From IMG/VR virus record IMGVR_UViG_3300006735_000018, positions 1-64,000 of that record: a stretch of DNA of 64,000 bases, one strand, 5' to 3'. Numbering within the stretch: the stretch's first letter is position 1; every line of letters starts with the position of its first letter. The position numbers were made by a program, and so were the translations under genes. A model generated the notes under the pieces. It searched no databases. It had not been told where the DNA came from and saw nothing but the letters and a program-made list of their open reading frames with translations. Source of the stretch: a virus. Shown here piece by piece: positions 19,501-29,958 of this stretch.

Positions 19501-22500
19501 TATCTGTTATTGTAGTCTTTTTCTAAATTAAATTTATACCCCCAAGGTTCTTGTTTATTTTTACTTAGAGGTAATGTCCTTTTTACTCTAAACATTATAT
19601 TGTTATTCATTTGACTAATAATATTATAAGCTCCATTAATTGTGGAGTCATTACTTGCAAATCTTTCTGTTATTAAATTTATACTATTATTTACACCAGG
19701 GTTAGAAGTTGTAGCTGAATGACCATTATAATCTATAAATGAAGGCCACACAGATTTACACGTAGCACTTAGAGGTCTCATTTGTAAAACCATACTATTT
19801 TCTGGTAGTGAACAACAATCACAAGGTTTGGTAATTGTTGTTGTAGATTTAGGTTCTATTTTAGTTTCTGTACTACCTGTATTTTGACACCCAAAAGAAC
19901 ATGTACTACCCGTATTTGGACTTGTTAGTCCAATCATTGGTAATGTTCTATCATGTGGTGTAGGTCCACCAGTACCACCACCTTGGTCATATGTACAACT
20001 ACCATCATCACTATTAGCTAGTGGGTTAAAGTTATTTGCTGATGGGTCTGTACATCCACCAACATAATTAGGTTTTTGTGGGTTATTAAAACCAGGTAAC
20101 GGAAATACCGGATAATGTTTATATGAAAATTTATCTCTGTGAAAAATTGCGTTTTCTACTTTTAAACCACCTTGCCATAATGTGGTCGCTGGTACTAATT
20201 GTTCAATAATTCTAATCCAATAGGTACCTAAACTTTGAGAATATTCTAACATTTTTTGGTACGTATATTGGTTGTTTTCACCACATACTTCAGCTAAATA
20301 ATCAATATATAATTTTTGTAACAGTGGATAACCCCCTGTTTTACCATCATCTATAGTTTGTCTATTTCTAACATTTATAAAAGTCCTCCAAAAAGTATTT
20401 ACAAACTCTTTAAATGAGTAATTTTTAGCATTTAGTAATGTTACAGTATTATCAACACCACCAGCTTGTGGAAATGGTAATGGTAGTGGACCACCACTAA
20501 ATGGACAACCACTTAATATAGATTGTTGCCAAACATCATAAACTAAAGCCTGACCTATATTTAAAAATATATCAACATTTTTAACATTCAAAATATACTT
20601 TTCATCACAAGTATGGTAATCCGCATATCTTACATTTTCAAAACTATAGTTTCTTTCTTCATTTTTACTATCAATTGTAATCCAAGATTTTTTATCATCA
20701 ACAACAGGTGTTAACCCAAAACCAATATCCATATAAGGAAACCTTCTAAACCTTTCAAGGTATGGTGCTCCAGGGTCGTTAGATGTTACTCCAGGTGGTA
20801 AATCACCGAAAAAACCACCCCAACTAAATTGGTTTAGTTTTGTCACTACTTTTGGTGTACATCCAGATAAAACCGAATTATCCACGTCAATTATAGTTTC
20901 ACCGTGGTGTTCATCCGTTTCTTCAAACCAACCAGCACCTCTTTGGAAATAGTAGTGTGTTGTTTCTCTAGGTTTGGTAGGATAACCTTGGTCATCTATA
21001 GGGTAATCTCCCCTTACAAACCCATGTGAACTGGTTATTGATGATAATTGTGTTAGATTAGTTACTGGGTCTAATATGTATTGTTGTGTTGTACTTACAC
21101 CACCAGATATTTGTTGGAATTGACTTAGGAATCCTGGAGTTGAGTCGTCATCACACCCTAGTATTTCTATGGCTTGTTGTATTTGTATAATATTTGAACT
21201 TATAGGTGTAGTTCCTGGGCCAAACTGAGATACTTTAGATTTAGGATTTACCCCTGGATGTGGTTTTTCACACCTTTGGTCTACAGGGTCCCAAATCATA
21301 CCTGGTGGGCATTTTTTAGGCCCTATGTTTGTTGATGCGTTTAATAAAGCGAATAACCTATCACACCTAGGGTCTTTAGGTGTGTTTGGTTTACCCATTC
21401 TAATTCTACAATCTGCTAATACAACATATTCATTAAACTCGGTTAAAGCTTCAGGTGCTCCTATAAACCTAAATAAAAACTCAATAGCTTTTCTTGTACC
21501 TTTAGATTTAAATAAATAAGAAGTATTCATTAAAATTCTTCTATATATTTCAATATCTAATTCCGCCGGTGTCATACCTATAGACTCACCAGAGTATTGT
21601 GGTTCATATCTATCTAATACTGTATCTAAAAACTGTTCTCTAGTTGTTGTGGAAGGAGTTTTCCAACCCAACATTTTTGCAAAATTTCTAAGTAGTTGGT
21701 TAGGTATGTTGTTTTTACTGTCATAAGTTACATTATTCATGTAAGCTATACCATCAATAAACTTTTTAGTGTCGTCAAAACTTCTACCGTAAATCTGTAA
21801 TGTTTTTTCTACTTTTCTGTCACCAGAATCAAAATCTTTTAAGGCTCCTGTTGTTAAAAATCTAGAAACTAAATTAGTTTTATAATTATCTAATTCATCA
21901 CCTATACTAACTAAACTTTCTAAATAACTTGTATACTTTTCTGTACTTACATCTATGTTCCACAAATCTTGTTTTTCCCAAGTTATATTTTGTTTTAAAC
22001 TATAATTTCTACCATTATCTGTTTGTCTAGGTAAATTTATTTCAGCTGTATATTGTGGTGCACTTTTTTGATTTAGTAAAAAAGATTCTACAGAATCAAA
22101 ATTGTTAAATTGTGTTTGTGTCTCAAAATTATTAGGTTTTATATAAAATTTAGTGTTTGATGTTGTGGCTGTTTTCCCAAATGGAGAACCTGATATTACT
22201 ATTACTAAATTATTATCACCATCTTCTATAGGTGTGTAGTCCACTACTGGGTATTCTGTAGTACCACTACCACTTAAACTAAGACTATATTTTTTATACT
22301 CTAAAGAAAAATTTCTTAATGGTGATATCTTACCTGTTTTTGCTTTAAGTGTGGTTGTTGTAATTTTACCGGTGGTAGGGTCATCTATTAAATAATCCAT
22401 TTTTAAAGAATTATCTAACTCTATTTCACCAGCTGTTGTAAATTCTATATCAAATGGGTTGGATACTTTGAGTTTAGAAATAGTTAATGTTGTCCTATCA

Positions 22501-22946
22501 TATATTGTATCATATGACATAGAATCTATAGTATTTCCAGTAGAACCATAAACTTGGTTTATTCCATTAAAGTGTAAGGCTGCTGGGAAAAAATTAACTA
22601 TTTGTTGTACTGCTACTCTAAACCTATCTTTTAAAGAACCGTATAATACAAAATTAGTAACATCACTATTATCGTAATTAAACTCAACTAATAAACTATT
22701 ATTTAAATTAGCTGTTATTAGATGAGTGTCACCAGCACTTAATTGTTCTAAAGTTATTGGACCTGAAAACCCGCCTAAATCAAAATTTCTGGAATGTCTA
22801 GCACTAGAATTATCATCTATAGAAAAATTACCAAGAGTCATTTGTGCTGACCCCTGAGTATACTGGAATCCCACTAAATCATCACTAAAAGTGCCCGCTC
22901 CACTTGGTGGTGCTGGTGGGTAGTAAAATTTCTTTTTGTTTGCCAT
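19500..22946 (-). CDS. Baseplate wedge protein (P2 gpI / T4 gp7-like domain)
   Basis: LLRNFAKMLGW..IYRRILMNTSYLFKSKGTRKAIEFLFRFIG is a gpI-like KGT motif; located downstream of gp6-like gene; GCTDP repeat near C-terminus. Confidence 0.7.
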   Translation of the reverse strand: MANKKKFYYPPAPPSGAGTFSDDLVGFQYTQGSAQMTLGNFSIDDNSSARHSRNFDLGGFSGPITLEQLSAGDTHLITANLNNSLLVEFNYDNSDVTNFVLYGSLKDRFRVAVQQIVNFFPAALHFNGINQVYGSTGNTIDSMSYDTIYDRTTLTISKLKVSNPFDIEFTTAGEIELDNSLKMDYLIDDPTTGKITTTTLKAKTGKISPLRNFSLEYKKYSLSLSGSGTTEYPVVDYTPIEDGDNNLVIVISGSPFGKTATTSNTKFYIKPNNFETQTQFNNFDSVESFLLNQKSAPQYTAEINLPRQTDNGRNYSLKQNITWEKQDLWNIDVSTEKYTSYLESLVSIGDELDNYKTNLVSRFLTTGALKDFDSGDRKVEKTLQIYGRSFDDTKKFIDGIAYMNNVTYDSKNNIPNQLLRNFAKMLGWKTPSTTTREQFLDTVLDRYEPQYSGESIGMTPAELDIEIYRRILMNTSYLFKSKGTRKAIEFLFRFIGAPEALTEFNEYVVLADCRIRMGKPNTPKDPRCDRLFALLNASTNIGPKKCPPGMIWDPVDQRCEKPHPGVNPKSKVSQFGPGTTPISSNIIQIQQAIEILGCDDDSTPGFLSQFQQISGGVSTTQQYILDPVTNLTQLSSITSSHGFVRGDYPIDDQGYPTKPRETTHYYFQRGAGWFEETDEHHGETIIDVDNSVLSGCTPKVVTKLNQFSWGGFFGDLPPGVTSNDPGAPYLERFRRFPYMDIGFGLTPVVDDKKSWITIDSKNEERNYSFENVRYADYHTCDEKYILNVKNVDIFLNIGQALVYDVWQQSILSGCPFSGGPLPLPFPQAGGVDNTVTLLNAKNYSFKEFVNTFWRTFINVRNRQTIDDGKTGGYPLLQKLYIDYLAEVCGENNQYTYQKMLEYSQSLGTYWIRIIEQLVPATTLWQGGLKVENAIFHRDKFSYKHYPVFPLPGFNNPQKPNYVGGCTDPSANNFNPLANSDDGSCTYDQGGGTGGPTPHDRTLPMIGLTSPNTGSTCSFGCQNTGSTETKIEPKSTTTITKPCDCCSLPENSMVLQMRPLSATCKSVWPSFIDYNGHSATTSNPGVNNSINLITERFASNDSTINGAYNIISQMNNNIMFRVKRTLPLSKNKQEPWGYKFNLEKDYNNR

Positions 22947-22948
22947 TA

Positions 22949-23881
22949 TTAACTAATTATCGTACCAAATTGTTTACTAAAGTCTATTTGATTACCTCTA
23001 TCCTGTCTAACTTCAAATAATTTTTCATCAAACTGGTCTCTAATCTCAAATAAATTATATTGTTTATAAATGTTATTAACACCTGATAAATCATACATTG
23101 TATATATTCCATCTTCTATAGATTTTGTTTGATTACCGTATAAACCGATAGCTAAGGTGTCGAAATCATGGTCGGCCATTTCAATCTCTAAAACTACAGG
23201 ATTAAAGTAGGTGTTTGTTATTATAATATTTTGTCCTGCTTTACCAATATCTGGTATTGCGTTTGGTTGGTTAGTTGGTGCACTACTAGGTGATAGTGTT
23301 AAAAACACCAAATTAGATGGTGAATCCGTATAAGCGTATCTAGGTGATACTTTATTAGGATTCGCTGCTGTATTTTGTACTCTTTCACAATAAAAACTAG
23401 AAGTCACTATTCTAAAAAAGTTAGGTATTTTAGTTCCGTTAGCTTCAGAATTCATATATTCTATCCTATACCCAACTAACCCACTATTGACAAATCTATT
23501 TTTAAATTGTGCTGGCACCTGAGTTAAATCAATAACTAACCCCTTTACATTAGGTAATGCTGATAATATACCACAATCTAATATTTTTGTTCTAATTTCA
23601 ACTGGTCTAATAAAAACAGTATAATAACCCTTATTACTAAAAATGGTTGATGGTAGGTTTAATGAGTACAACCCCCCTAAAATAGTACTACCAGCCACAG
23701 CATTTGGTCTATTTAAAGCTGTTGTACCATTATGTACATGATATGTTAAATTTGCGGTGGATAAAGTCCCTAAAGTAAATGGACTACCAGCGTCTCTAGT
23801 AGCTTGATAATGATATATAATCTCTACATCATTTGGTGATACGTCTGCGGGTCTTTTAATCCCGTAATTTCCTAAAGCCAT
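22949..23881 (-). CDS. Hypothetical virion/baseplate protein
   Basis: 310-aa ORF in structural operon with typical codon usage; no catalytic motif recognised. Confidence 0.6.
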   Translation of the reverse strand: MALGNYGIKRPADVSPNDVEIIYHYQATRDAGSPFTLGTLSTANLTYHVHNGTTALNRPNAVAGSTILGGLYSLNLPSTIFSNKGYYTVFIRPVEIRTKILDCGILSALPNVKGLVIDLTQVPAQFKNRFVNSGLVGYRIEYMNSEANGTKIPNFFRIVTSSFYCERVQNTAANPNKVSPRYAYTDSPSNLVFLTLSPSSAPTNQPNAIPDIGKAGQNIIITNTYFNPVVLEIEMADHDFDTLAIGLYGNQTKSIEDGIYTMYDLSGVNNIYKQYNLFEIRDQFDEKLFEVRQDRGNQIDFSKQFGTIIS

Positions 23882-23882
23882 A

Positions 23883-26870
23883 TTATTCTTGTATTAAAAT
23901 ATTATAATATCCATAACCATGAAGTTCTAATTCTCCGATTGTGGATGTTTGAGCTAGTCTCTGAGGTCTTTCAAAAACAGAAACTTTCCCTCTTTCAATA
24001 AATACATCTGAGTGTGTTTCTGGTTTCTGAACTACATTCATTAAAAACTCTTCTTTTGTTAATCTAGGCATACAACCTCCTCTGCCTTGTTCTGGGTATA
24101 TACACGAACCATCATCAATACAGTCTAAAGACACAAAATTTAATGCAAGAGGGTCTGTACAACAATATATATCCAATGGTGTACACCCATCTTTTTGTGA
24201 TGCTCCATATATAGGATTAGAAGCGTAACCTGAAGAAACTGTTGTAACATTACCTATTGGTGTCCCAACATTTATCCCTAAGGTGCTTATATCTAAGTCA
24301 TAAACTTCCGCTCCGTTTACTTGAGCTTGAGAGGCGTACCAATTTAATGTACCACCAACATCCCAAGTAAATAACCCAAATAGATAAGGTAATGTCGCGT
24401 AACTTTGTACTTGAGCTTCGTACCAAGATGAAGCTGTACCGTCGGTCATACCCATTTGTGAACCACCCATTGCTGTTTTAGTAAATTTACCAACTCTACC
24501 AGAACTACCTGGAATAGGTCCGTCATAATAAGTAATAACTAAATCACCAGCCCCACTATCGTATATGATATCACCAATACTATAACCAGACATTGTTGTT
24601 GTAGCATCAATTGATGGGTAAGTTGTGTTAGGTAGTACAAATAATTCTGTTTCTACACCGGTATTTGTAGTTATATCTATTTCTATAACTTTTTTACCAG
24701 CAGCTATTAAAGTATTATTGTCTTTTGCAACTAAACCGTTACCTATATGATAAAGTCCGTCACCATTATCATTAATTGGTGTCATGTTTGGGTGATGATA
24801 ACCGTTAGCACATATTTCAGAAATATCAATATCTCTACTAAACGCATATGTAAATGGGTTTAATGTTATATCATACTCCCTTATAAGTCCTTGATTTCTT
24901 GGTGTTACCCCATCAGGCATAACGCCGTCAAAAATATCGTTATAATTACCATCCTGTACTCTACAACTATATAACCATAGTTTATTACTAGTATTGGCTA
25001 TATCCCAAGAACCAGTACCGGTTTTACCTGCCGCATTTTCATCAAATAAACTATCTTTAAATAACCAGTTTAACTGATTTGGGTTTGTGTCAGGTGGTCC
25101 ATAAAAATACACATTACCTTCCTTATCGTTCATAAAAATAGCACATTCCTCTAATCCTTGTGGTTGACAGATATCATTACAATCAGCTAGTGCAGCCAAA
25201 CAACTAGGAGAATCATTACAAGGGCCAAATAAATTAGGGTCTGCCCAATTGTATGGTGCTATTAAAGATGATGTGTACACATCTATACAACAATCAAACC
25301 CTGGTGTACATCCCGGATTAGTATCTATAGTACAAACATAACCACCTTCACAGGTACACATATTTGGATTGTGTTGGTCGGCATTAGGGTCAGCGTTACA
25401 ACCCACACAGTCAATACCTGGTGTACATCCTGGTGGAAAATTACTATTAACTGAAGGCCCACTAGCTGGTGGACAAAGATGTAATCCGTTATCACACACA
25501 CAATCAACAAATGGTGTACATCCTGGTGGTTGTGGTACTGGATTTACCAAAATACTTACACCATCAACACAACACCCATCATCCATACATCCCACTACTG
25601 GTGGGTCTATACAATTATCAGGAACACAAGGTCCTGATGGTGTTGTACCTTTATCGGTTATAACATTAAACATACCATTACAAGAAAGTCCATAATTTTG
25701 AGCGTTAGGGTCGTCACAACCTAAATACTCACAACATTCTAAACCATCTGGTGTTGGGAATTGACATCCATGAGCAGCAGGATTATAATTGGTCGCGTCT
25801 GGGTCAGTACAACCAACGTAATAACAATCATTAGTCCAACATGTAGTTGGGTTTGGTGGAACTAGGTTACCACCAGTTGCCGGTATAACTGGATTACCAA
25901 AACAATCATCACCAAAATTGGCTACACATCCTAACGGTCCTGGTATAGGACCACTTGCTGTTATTATTGGTGTACCTATATCACATGGTGTTGTAACATT
26001 ATCACTACAACCTGGATAATTACAACAACTTGTGTCTGTTGGTCCACCTGTAACCCAACTACCATTAGAAATTGTACCACACCCATTAGTGTTTGGGGGT
26101 GAGTAATTTAAAGCACTGGAATCTGGACAACCAGGATAATAACAACAACCGTCGTCTAGGGTTGGTGTTACTGGATTACCTGCACAATTTTTTTCATAAT
26201 TAATAGCGAAAGGGTCTGTACAACCTAATATATTTTCAACACAACTATTACAATTTGTTTCTACTACAGTTATTGGGTCACCACCTATCGCATGTAAATT
26301 TAACTCTGTATAATTTATAGATGTACCACCTGGGTATGAATTACCTGAACCATCCACAAAAGCTGTTGGGCAGGTAACTTGTCCTGTGTTCCAAGTAGTT
26401 TCATCAACAATATCTATAATTTCAATACAACCATCTATTACACCAGGACTTCCAATTCCAGCAACAATTAACCATTGTGCTCCAGGAAAACCTGTGTTAT
26501 AATTTATATTTGGTAATGCATTATAATACTCTCCCTGAGCACAATTTCCATTAGGACATGTTGGTCCTACCACACATGGTTGTGAGGGTCCATAACCGGC
26601 ACAACCATTATAGTTTCCGTTAACATTAGTATTATTAAGATTTGGTTCATTCCAATCTACGAATAATGAATTTTCCATAGCAAAACAACCTATGGTTTGA
26701 TTGATAACCGGACAACATTGCCCAAATGGACAAGAGGGGTCTTGGGTTGTGCCTAGAACAACTCTACCCACTATACCTACTTTTGCACCTATACCATTAT
26801 TAACTGGTGCAACAGCGTTAGGTCCTTCACTATTAAACTCTACTAAATTCCATGGTGCTGTAATTGGCAT
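23883..26870 (-). CDS. Cys/Pro-rich repeat protein (GCTDPxAxNY..DDGxC repeats, probable beta-propeller segment), putative adhesin/fibre
   Basis: About seven GC(T/P/S/D/M)D repeats, WDIA/GDIIYD blade-like strands, distinct C-terminal DVFIERGK segment. Confidence 0.7.
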   Translation of the reverse strand: MPITAPWNLVEFNSEGPNAVAPVNNGIGAKVGIVGRVVLGTTQDPSCPFGQCCPVINQTIGCFAMENSLFVDWNEPNLNNTNVNGNYNGCAGYGPSQPCVVGPTCPNGNCAQGEYYNALPNINYNTGFPGAQWLIVAGIGSPGVIDGCIEIIDIVDETTWNTGQVTCPTAFVDGSGNSYPGGTSINYTELNLHAIGGDPITVVETNCNSCVENILGCTDPFAINYEKNCAGNPVTPTLDDGCCYYPGCPDSSALNYSPPNTNGCGTISNGSWVTGGPTDTSCCNYPGCSDNVTTPCDIGTPIITASGPIPGPLGCVANFGDDCFGNPVIPATGGNLVPPNPTTCWTNDCYYVGCTDPDATNYNPAAHGCQFPTPDGLECCEYLGCDDPNAQNYGLSCNGMFNVITDKGTTPSGPCVPDNCIDPPVVGCMDDGCCVDGVSILVNPVPQPPGCTPFVDCVCDNGLHLCPPASGPSVNSNFPPGCTPGIDCVGCNADPNADQHNPNMCTCEGGYVCTIDTNPGCTPGFDCCIDVYTSSLIAPYNWADPNLFGPCNDSPSCLAALADCNDICQPQGLEECAIFMNDKEGNVYFYGPPDTNPNQLNWLFKDSLFDENAAGKTGTGSWDIANTSNKLWLYSCRVQDGNYNDIFDGVMPDGVTPRNQGLIREYDITLNPFTYAFSRDIDISEICANGYHHPNMTPINDNGDGLYHIGNGLVAKDNNTLIAAGKKVIEIDITTNTGVETELFVLPNTTYPSIDATTTMSGYSIGDIIYDSGAGDLVITYYDGPIPGSSGRVGKFTKTAMGGSQMGMTDGTASSWYEAQVQSYATLPYLFGLFTWDVGGTLNWYASQAQVNGAEVYDLDISTLGINVGTPIGNVTTVSSGYASNPIYGASQKDGCTPLDIYCCTDPLALNFVSLDCIDDGSCIYPEQGRGGCMPRLTKEEFLMNVVQKPETHSDVFIERGKVSVFERPQRLAQTSTIGELELHGYGYYNILIQE

Positions 26871-26889
26871 ATCTTATATTTTTTTTATT

Positions 26890-29800
26890 TTATCCATCAC
26901 AAGGTGCCCAACATGAGGTGGAGGTTAATTTTGAATCGGCTGGATTCAACGGTGGTGCTACATTAATCAACGGTGGTGTGTTACACACAAATGCCGTACA
27001 AGGATGGTCACCAAGTGGATTTTGACTTAAGTCTTCACACACAGATATATCAGTCGTTGTACTACAGTCAAAATTACCAATCCAAGGACCAGAAATAAGA
27101 GCAAAGGTTCCATTATCTTGACATACCGGATTAGGGTCGTAAAAATATTTAAACTGACTATCATTGGGGTTGTTACTACCAGCGTATGGGAAAGAAATAG
27201 TTACATCATAATATAGATATGGGTATGATGGGTCATAATATGTAAATGGCCATTGTGAACTTGGGTTTGCCTGACATGGTCCACATCCTTGACCACATTG
27301 TGTTGTTAAACTTCCATTACAAGCGACATCATCAGAACCAGAACATCCTTGAGAATTTTGAATAGCATCCATAGCTAAATAATTAATAGCTGTACCTCCT
27401 AGTGCTACGTGAGCAGGATTTATAGGGTCAGGTGATGAGTTAATAAAAATTTGTGTACAAGTACCACCTATACACATATACGCGTTTTCTTCTTCACAGT
27501 TATCACCACAACCCATTATATCAATTGGTGGAGGTGGTGGATTGACAAATGGATTTGTTCCACCACCAATTATATCATTAGATGGAGCACAAAAACTTCC
27601 TTGTGTGGTACCTACAGAATCGTATTGGGTACATACTCCTGTAACATCATCACAGGCATATGATATACAATTTTGTTCACAACTTAATTGGTCCGCAAAA
27701 CCTCCTGAAACACCAGAATTTGTCATACTAATACAATATTGTCCACCATAAGAACCACTACCTAAAGGTACTTGTACCCCTTGTGGTGTGACATTACACA
27801 TACAGAACCACTCTTCTAGGTTATTTGAACAATCCGCTTGACAGTCACCAATATTTGCGTGAGCTATACCTGTTGTAGCGTTACCGGGTACTGGACCTGG
27901 AACACCACTTACCTGAGCAACTCCTTGACAAGTATAAGTACCACTATTATCAACACAATACCAATCATAAACTGTTGTAGACCCACCACAACTATTAGTA
28001 CAACTAACTAAATCTGGATAGAAACCAACCGGTGTTGGTTGACAACTAGAAGTATTTGTTGAACTATCAAAAACACAATTATATCTAGTGTTAGTTGTAG
28101 TACAAGCTCCTGCGGCTACAGCAGCTTGACATAACGCTAAAGCTGTTGGTCCATTATAGGTTGCTGTTGCCCAACCAGGAGCTAGTGGTGAAACTTGTAC
28201 ACAAGTTCCTTCATCACATTCATAATGCATGTCAGGACCAGTTGTTGGTACACAAGGACTATTAATACAATCATTTAAAGCGTTAGCTGTACTTGGTGGG
28301 CTACCCACAAAGCTAGCGTTATTATAATACGTACTATTAGGTGAAATTAATACACAGGTACCGTCTATACAGTTATATCTGGCTGGTAATGAATCTTCTA
28401 TAACACATGAACCTTGACAAACTCTCCAGAAATCAGAAGTTACATCTAGTACATCTGGTGGGTTACCCCCTGAAATTACACTACTAATAGCGAAAAAACA
28501 ACAACCATCATAGTACACATAATCTCCAGGTTCATAATCTTCATCAACATCCCAAACACCCCTATCTGTTGTAACACTCAATGTTATATAAGAAGAGTTT
28601 GAATAGTATATTTGATTGGCGTTACAAATGTCACAAGCTCCTTGTAAAGAATACCCACATTGTCTAGTTAAAAAATCATCAATATTCATACCAAACCCTT
28701 GAGTTTGGAAAACTGTAGTACCATTTATGTGGTCAAACATTTGAAATACTTCAGTACCATTTGTAATCGTGTATGCTGTTCCTGTTGGTGTTACCGCATC
28801 TACTGTACCTTCTAAATTATCAACTGTAGTTCCATCTGGTAATATTGATTGTCCAGCTACACTAACCGTATTTCCTATAACATAACCAGGTGGCAGTCCT
28901 GGTGAAAACGCGTTATTATATGACTGTAAAGAAGTTAACATACTATCAGTGGTACCATTTATTGGGTATGGTGTTGGTCCGTAATTAGAGGTTAAATAAC
29001 CATGTATGTCTAAACCACTATCCAAAGGTCCCCAATCAGAAGTTTCATAATCCATACTAACTGGTGTTGAGAATCCTGGTGGGGTAAATGTGTAGGTTTG
29101 ACCAGTATTAAAAACCCCAGCCCATACATCAGCTCCCGTTAAAAATGGTATAGCTACTTGGTGTGACACTGAACTGGTACCCCAAGGTCCTACCATTCTA
29201 ACATTTACAGTATAAACCCCATTATTTGTATAAGTGTGTACTACAGTATCTAATGGTGCTGTTACAGTTACTGGTGCAGCTAAAGGGTCACCCCAATCTA
29301 CAGTATATTGTATATTTTCTAACCATTTAAAAAATCTAAATTCAGTACTGTTTGTTAAACTAACCGTTTTTTTTGTTGGGTCAAGTGGGTCCCCAACCAC
29401 AACAAAGTTAGAAAAATTGTCCGAATGTTCCATTTCACCATCCCACATAGAGTAATGACCTATATCGTTTAGGTCTTGGTCTAATAGTATGACTAACTGT
29501 GAATCATTACTATTTCTACCTGTTCTATTACAACATTTACACCAATCGTTTGGGTCTGTAAATGGGTCTGGTGCCTTTTGTATTCTTAGAGGAAATGATT
29601 TTTCTGTAAAAAGTTTTTTCTTAGCTCGTTGTGTTCTTTCTTCACATTTAAGGCAATATTCATTTTGTTTTTCAAAGTCTAAAGCATAAAATTTTTCACA
29701 ATCATCTAAAATTAGTCCACAACAATTAGTATTTTTATCAGGACAACAAACATTTAAAGAACCAGCATAACAATCTAAACAAGCATCTATTACAGCTTGT

Positions 29801-29958
29801 GCGTTACCCAAATCACTACATGTTTTACAGTCTGGTGAAATTGGTGTTGGTGTTACTGGTAAAGTTCTTCTAACCCCAACTAATTTTTTATCTTCACAAG
29901 GTTCTGTCCATTTTCCTGGTATATTACCAGTCCATATTTTATATCTATAAATTTCCAT
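26890..29958 (-). CDS. Cys-rich structural protein with PKD domain, CBM5/12-like module and YxCxxGxC repeats
   Basis: YTVDWGD..HTYTNNGVYTV (PKD); WDVDEDYEPGDYVYYDG..P..W (CBM5/12-like); YNCIDGTC, YECDEGTC, YACDDVTGVC, YMCIGGTC repeats. Confidence 0.7.
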   Translation of the reverse strand: MEIYRYKIWTGNIPGKWTEPCEDKKLVGVRRTLPVTPTPISPDCKTCSDLGNAQAVIDACLDCYAGSLNVCCPDKNTNCCGLILDDCEKFYALDFEKQNEYCLKCEERTQRAKKKLFTEKSFPLRIQKAPDPFTDPNDWCKCCNRTGRNSNDSQLVILLDQDLNDIGHYSMWDGEMEHSDNFSNFVVVGDPLDPTKKTVSLTNSTEFRFFKWLENIQYTVDWGDPLAAPVTVTAPLDTVVHTYTNNGVYTVNVRMVGPWGTSSVSHQVAIPFLTGADVWAGVFNTGQTYTFTPPGFSTPVSMDYETSDWGPLDSGLDIHGYLTSNYGPTPYPINGTTDSMLTSLQSYNNAFSPGLPPGYVIGNTVSVAGQSILPDGTTVDNLEGTVDAVTPTGTAYTITNGTEVFQMFDHINGTTVFQTQGFGMNIDDFLTRQCGYSLQGACDICNANQIYYSNSSYITLSVTTDRGVWDVDEDYEPGDYVYYDGCCFFAISSVISGGNPPDVLDVTSDFWRVCQGSCVIEDSLPARYNCIDGTCVLISPNSTYYNNASFVGSPPSTANALNDCINSPCVPTTGPDMHYECDEGTCVQVSPLAPGWATATYNGPTALALCQAAVAAGACTTTNTRYNCVFDSSTNTSSCQPTPVGFYPDLVSCTNSCGGSTTVYDWYCVDNSGTYTCQGVAQVSGVPGPVPGNATTGIAHANIGDCQADCSNNLEEWFCMCNVTPQGVQVPLGSGSYGGQYCISMTNSGVSGGFADQLSCEQNCISYACDDVTGVCTQYDSVGTTQGSFCAPSNDIIGGGTNPFVNPPPPPIDIMGCGDNCEEENAYMCIGGTCTQIFINSSPDPINPAHVALGGTAINYLAMDAIQNSQGCSGSDDVACNGSLTTQCGQGCGPCQANPSSQWPFTYYDPSYPYLYYDVTISFPYAGSNNPNDSQFKYFYDPNPVCQDNGTFALISGPWIGNFDCSTTTDISVCEDLSQNPLGDHPCTAFVCNTPPLINVAPPLNPADSKLTSTSCWAPCDG

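Noticed and set aside
26871-26889. Programmed frameshift or readthrough joining the two Cys-rich genes
   Set aside because: The A8 run lies after the TAA, and the spacer looks like a normal A-rich initiation region before an ATG. Independent translation is simpler.
23883-29958. Diversity-generating retroelement target/template repeats
   Set aside because: Repeats are degenerate at protein level. I saw no ~100-nt near-identical pair differing only at adenines and no reverse transcriptase in the window; a self-dotplot would be decisive.
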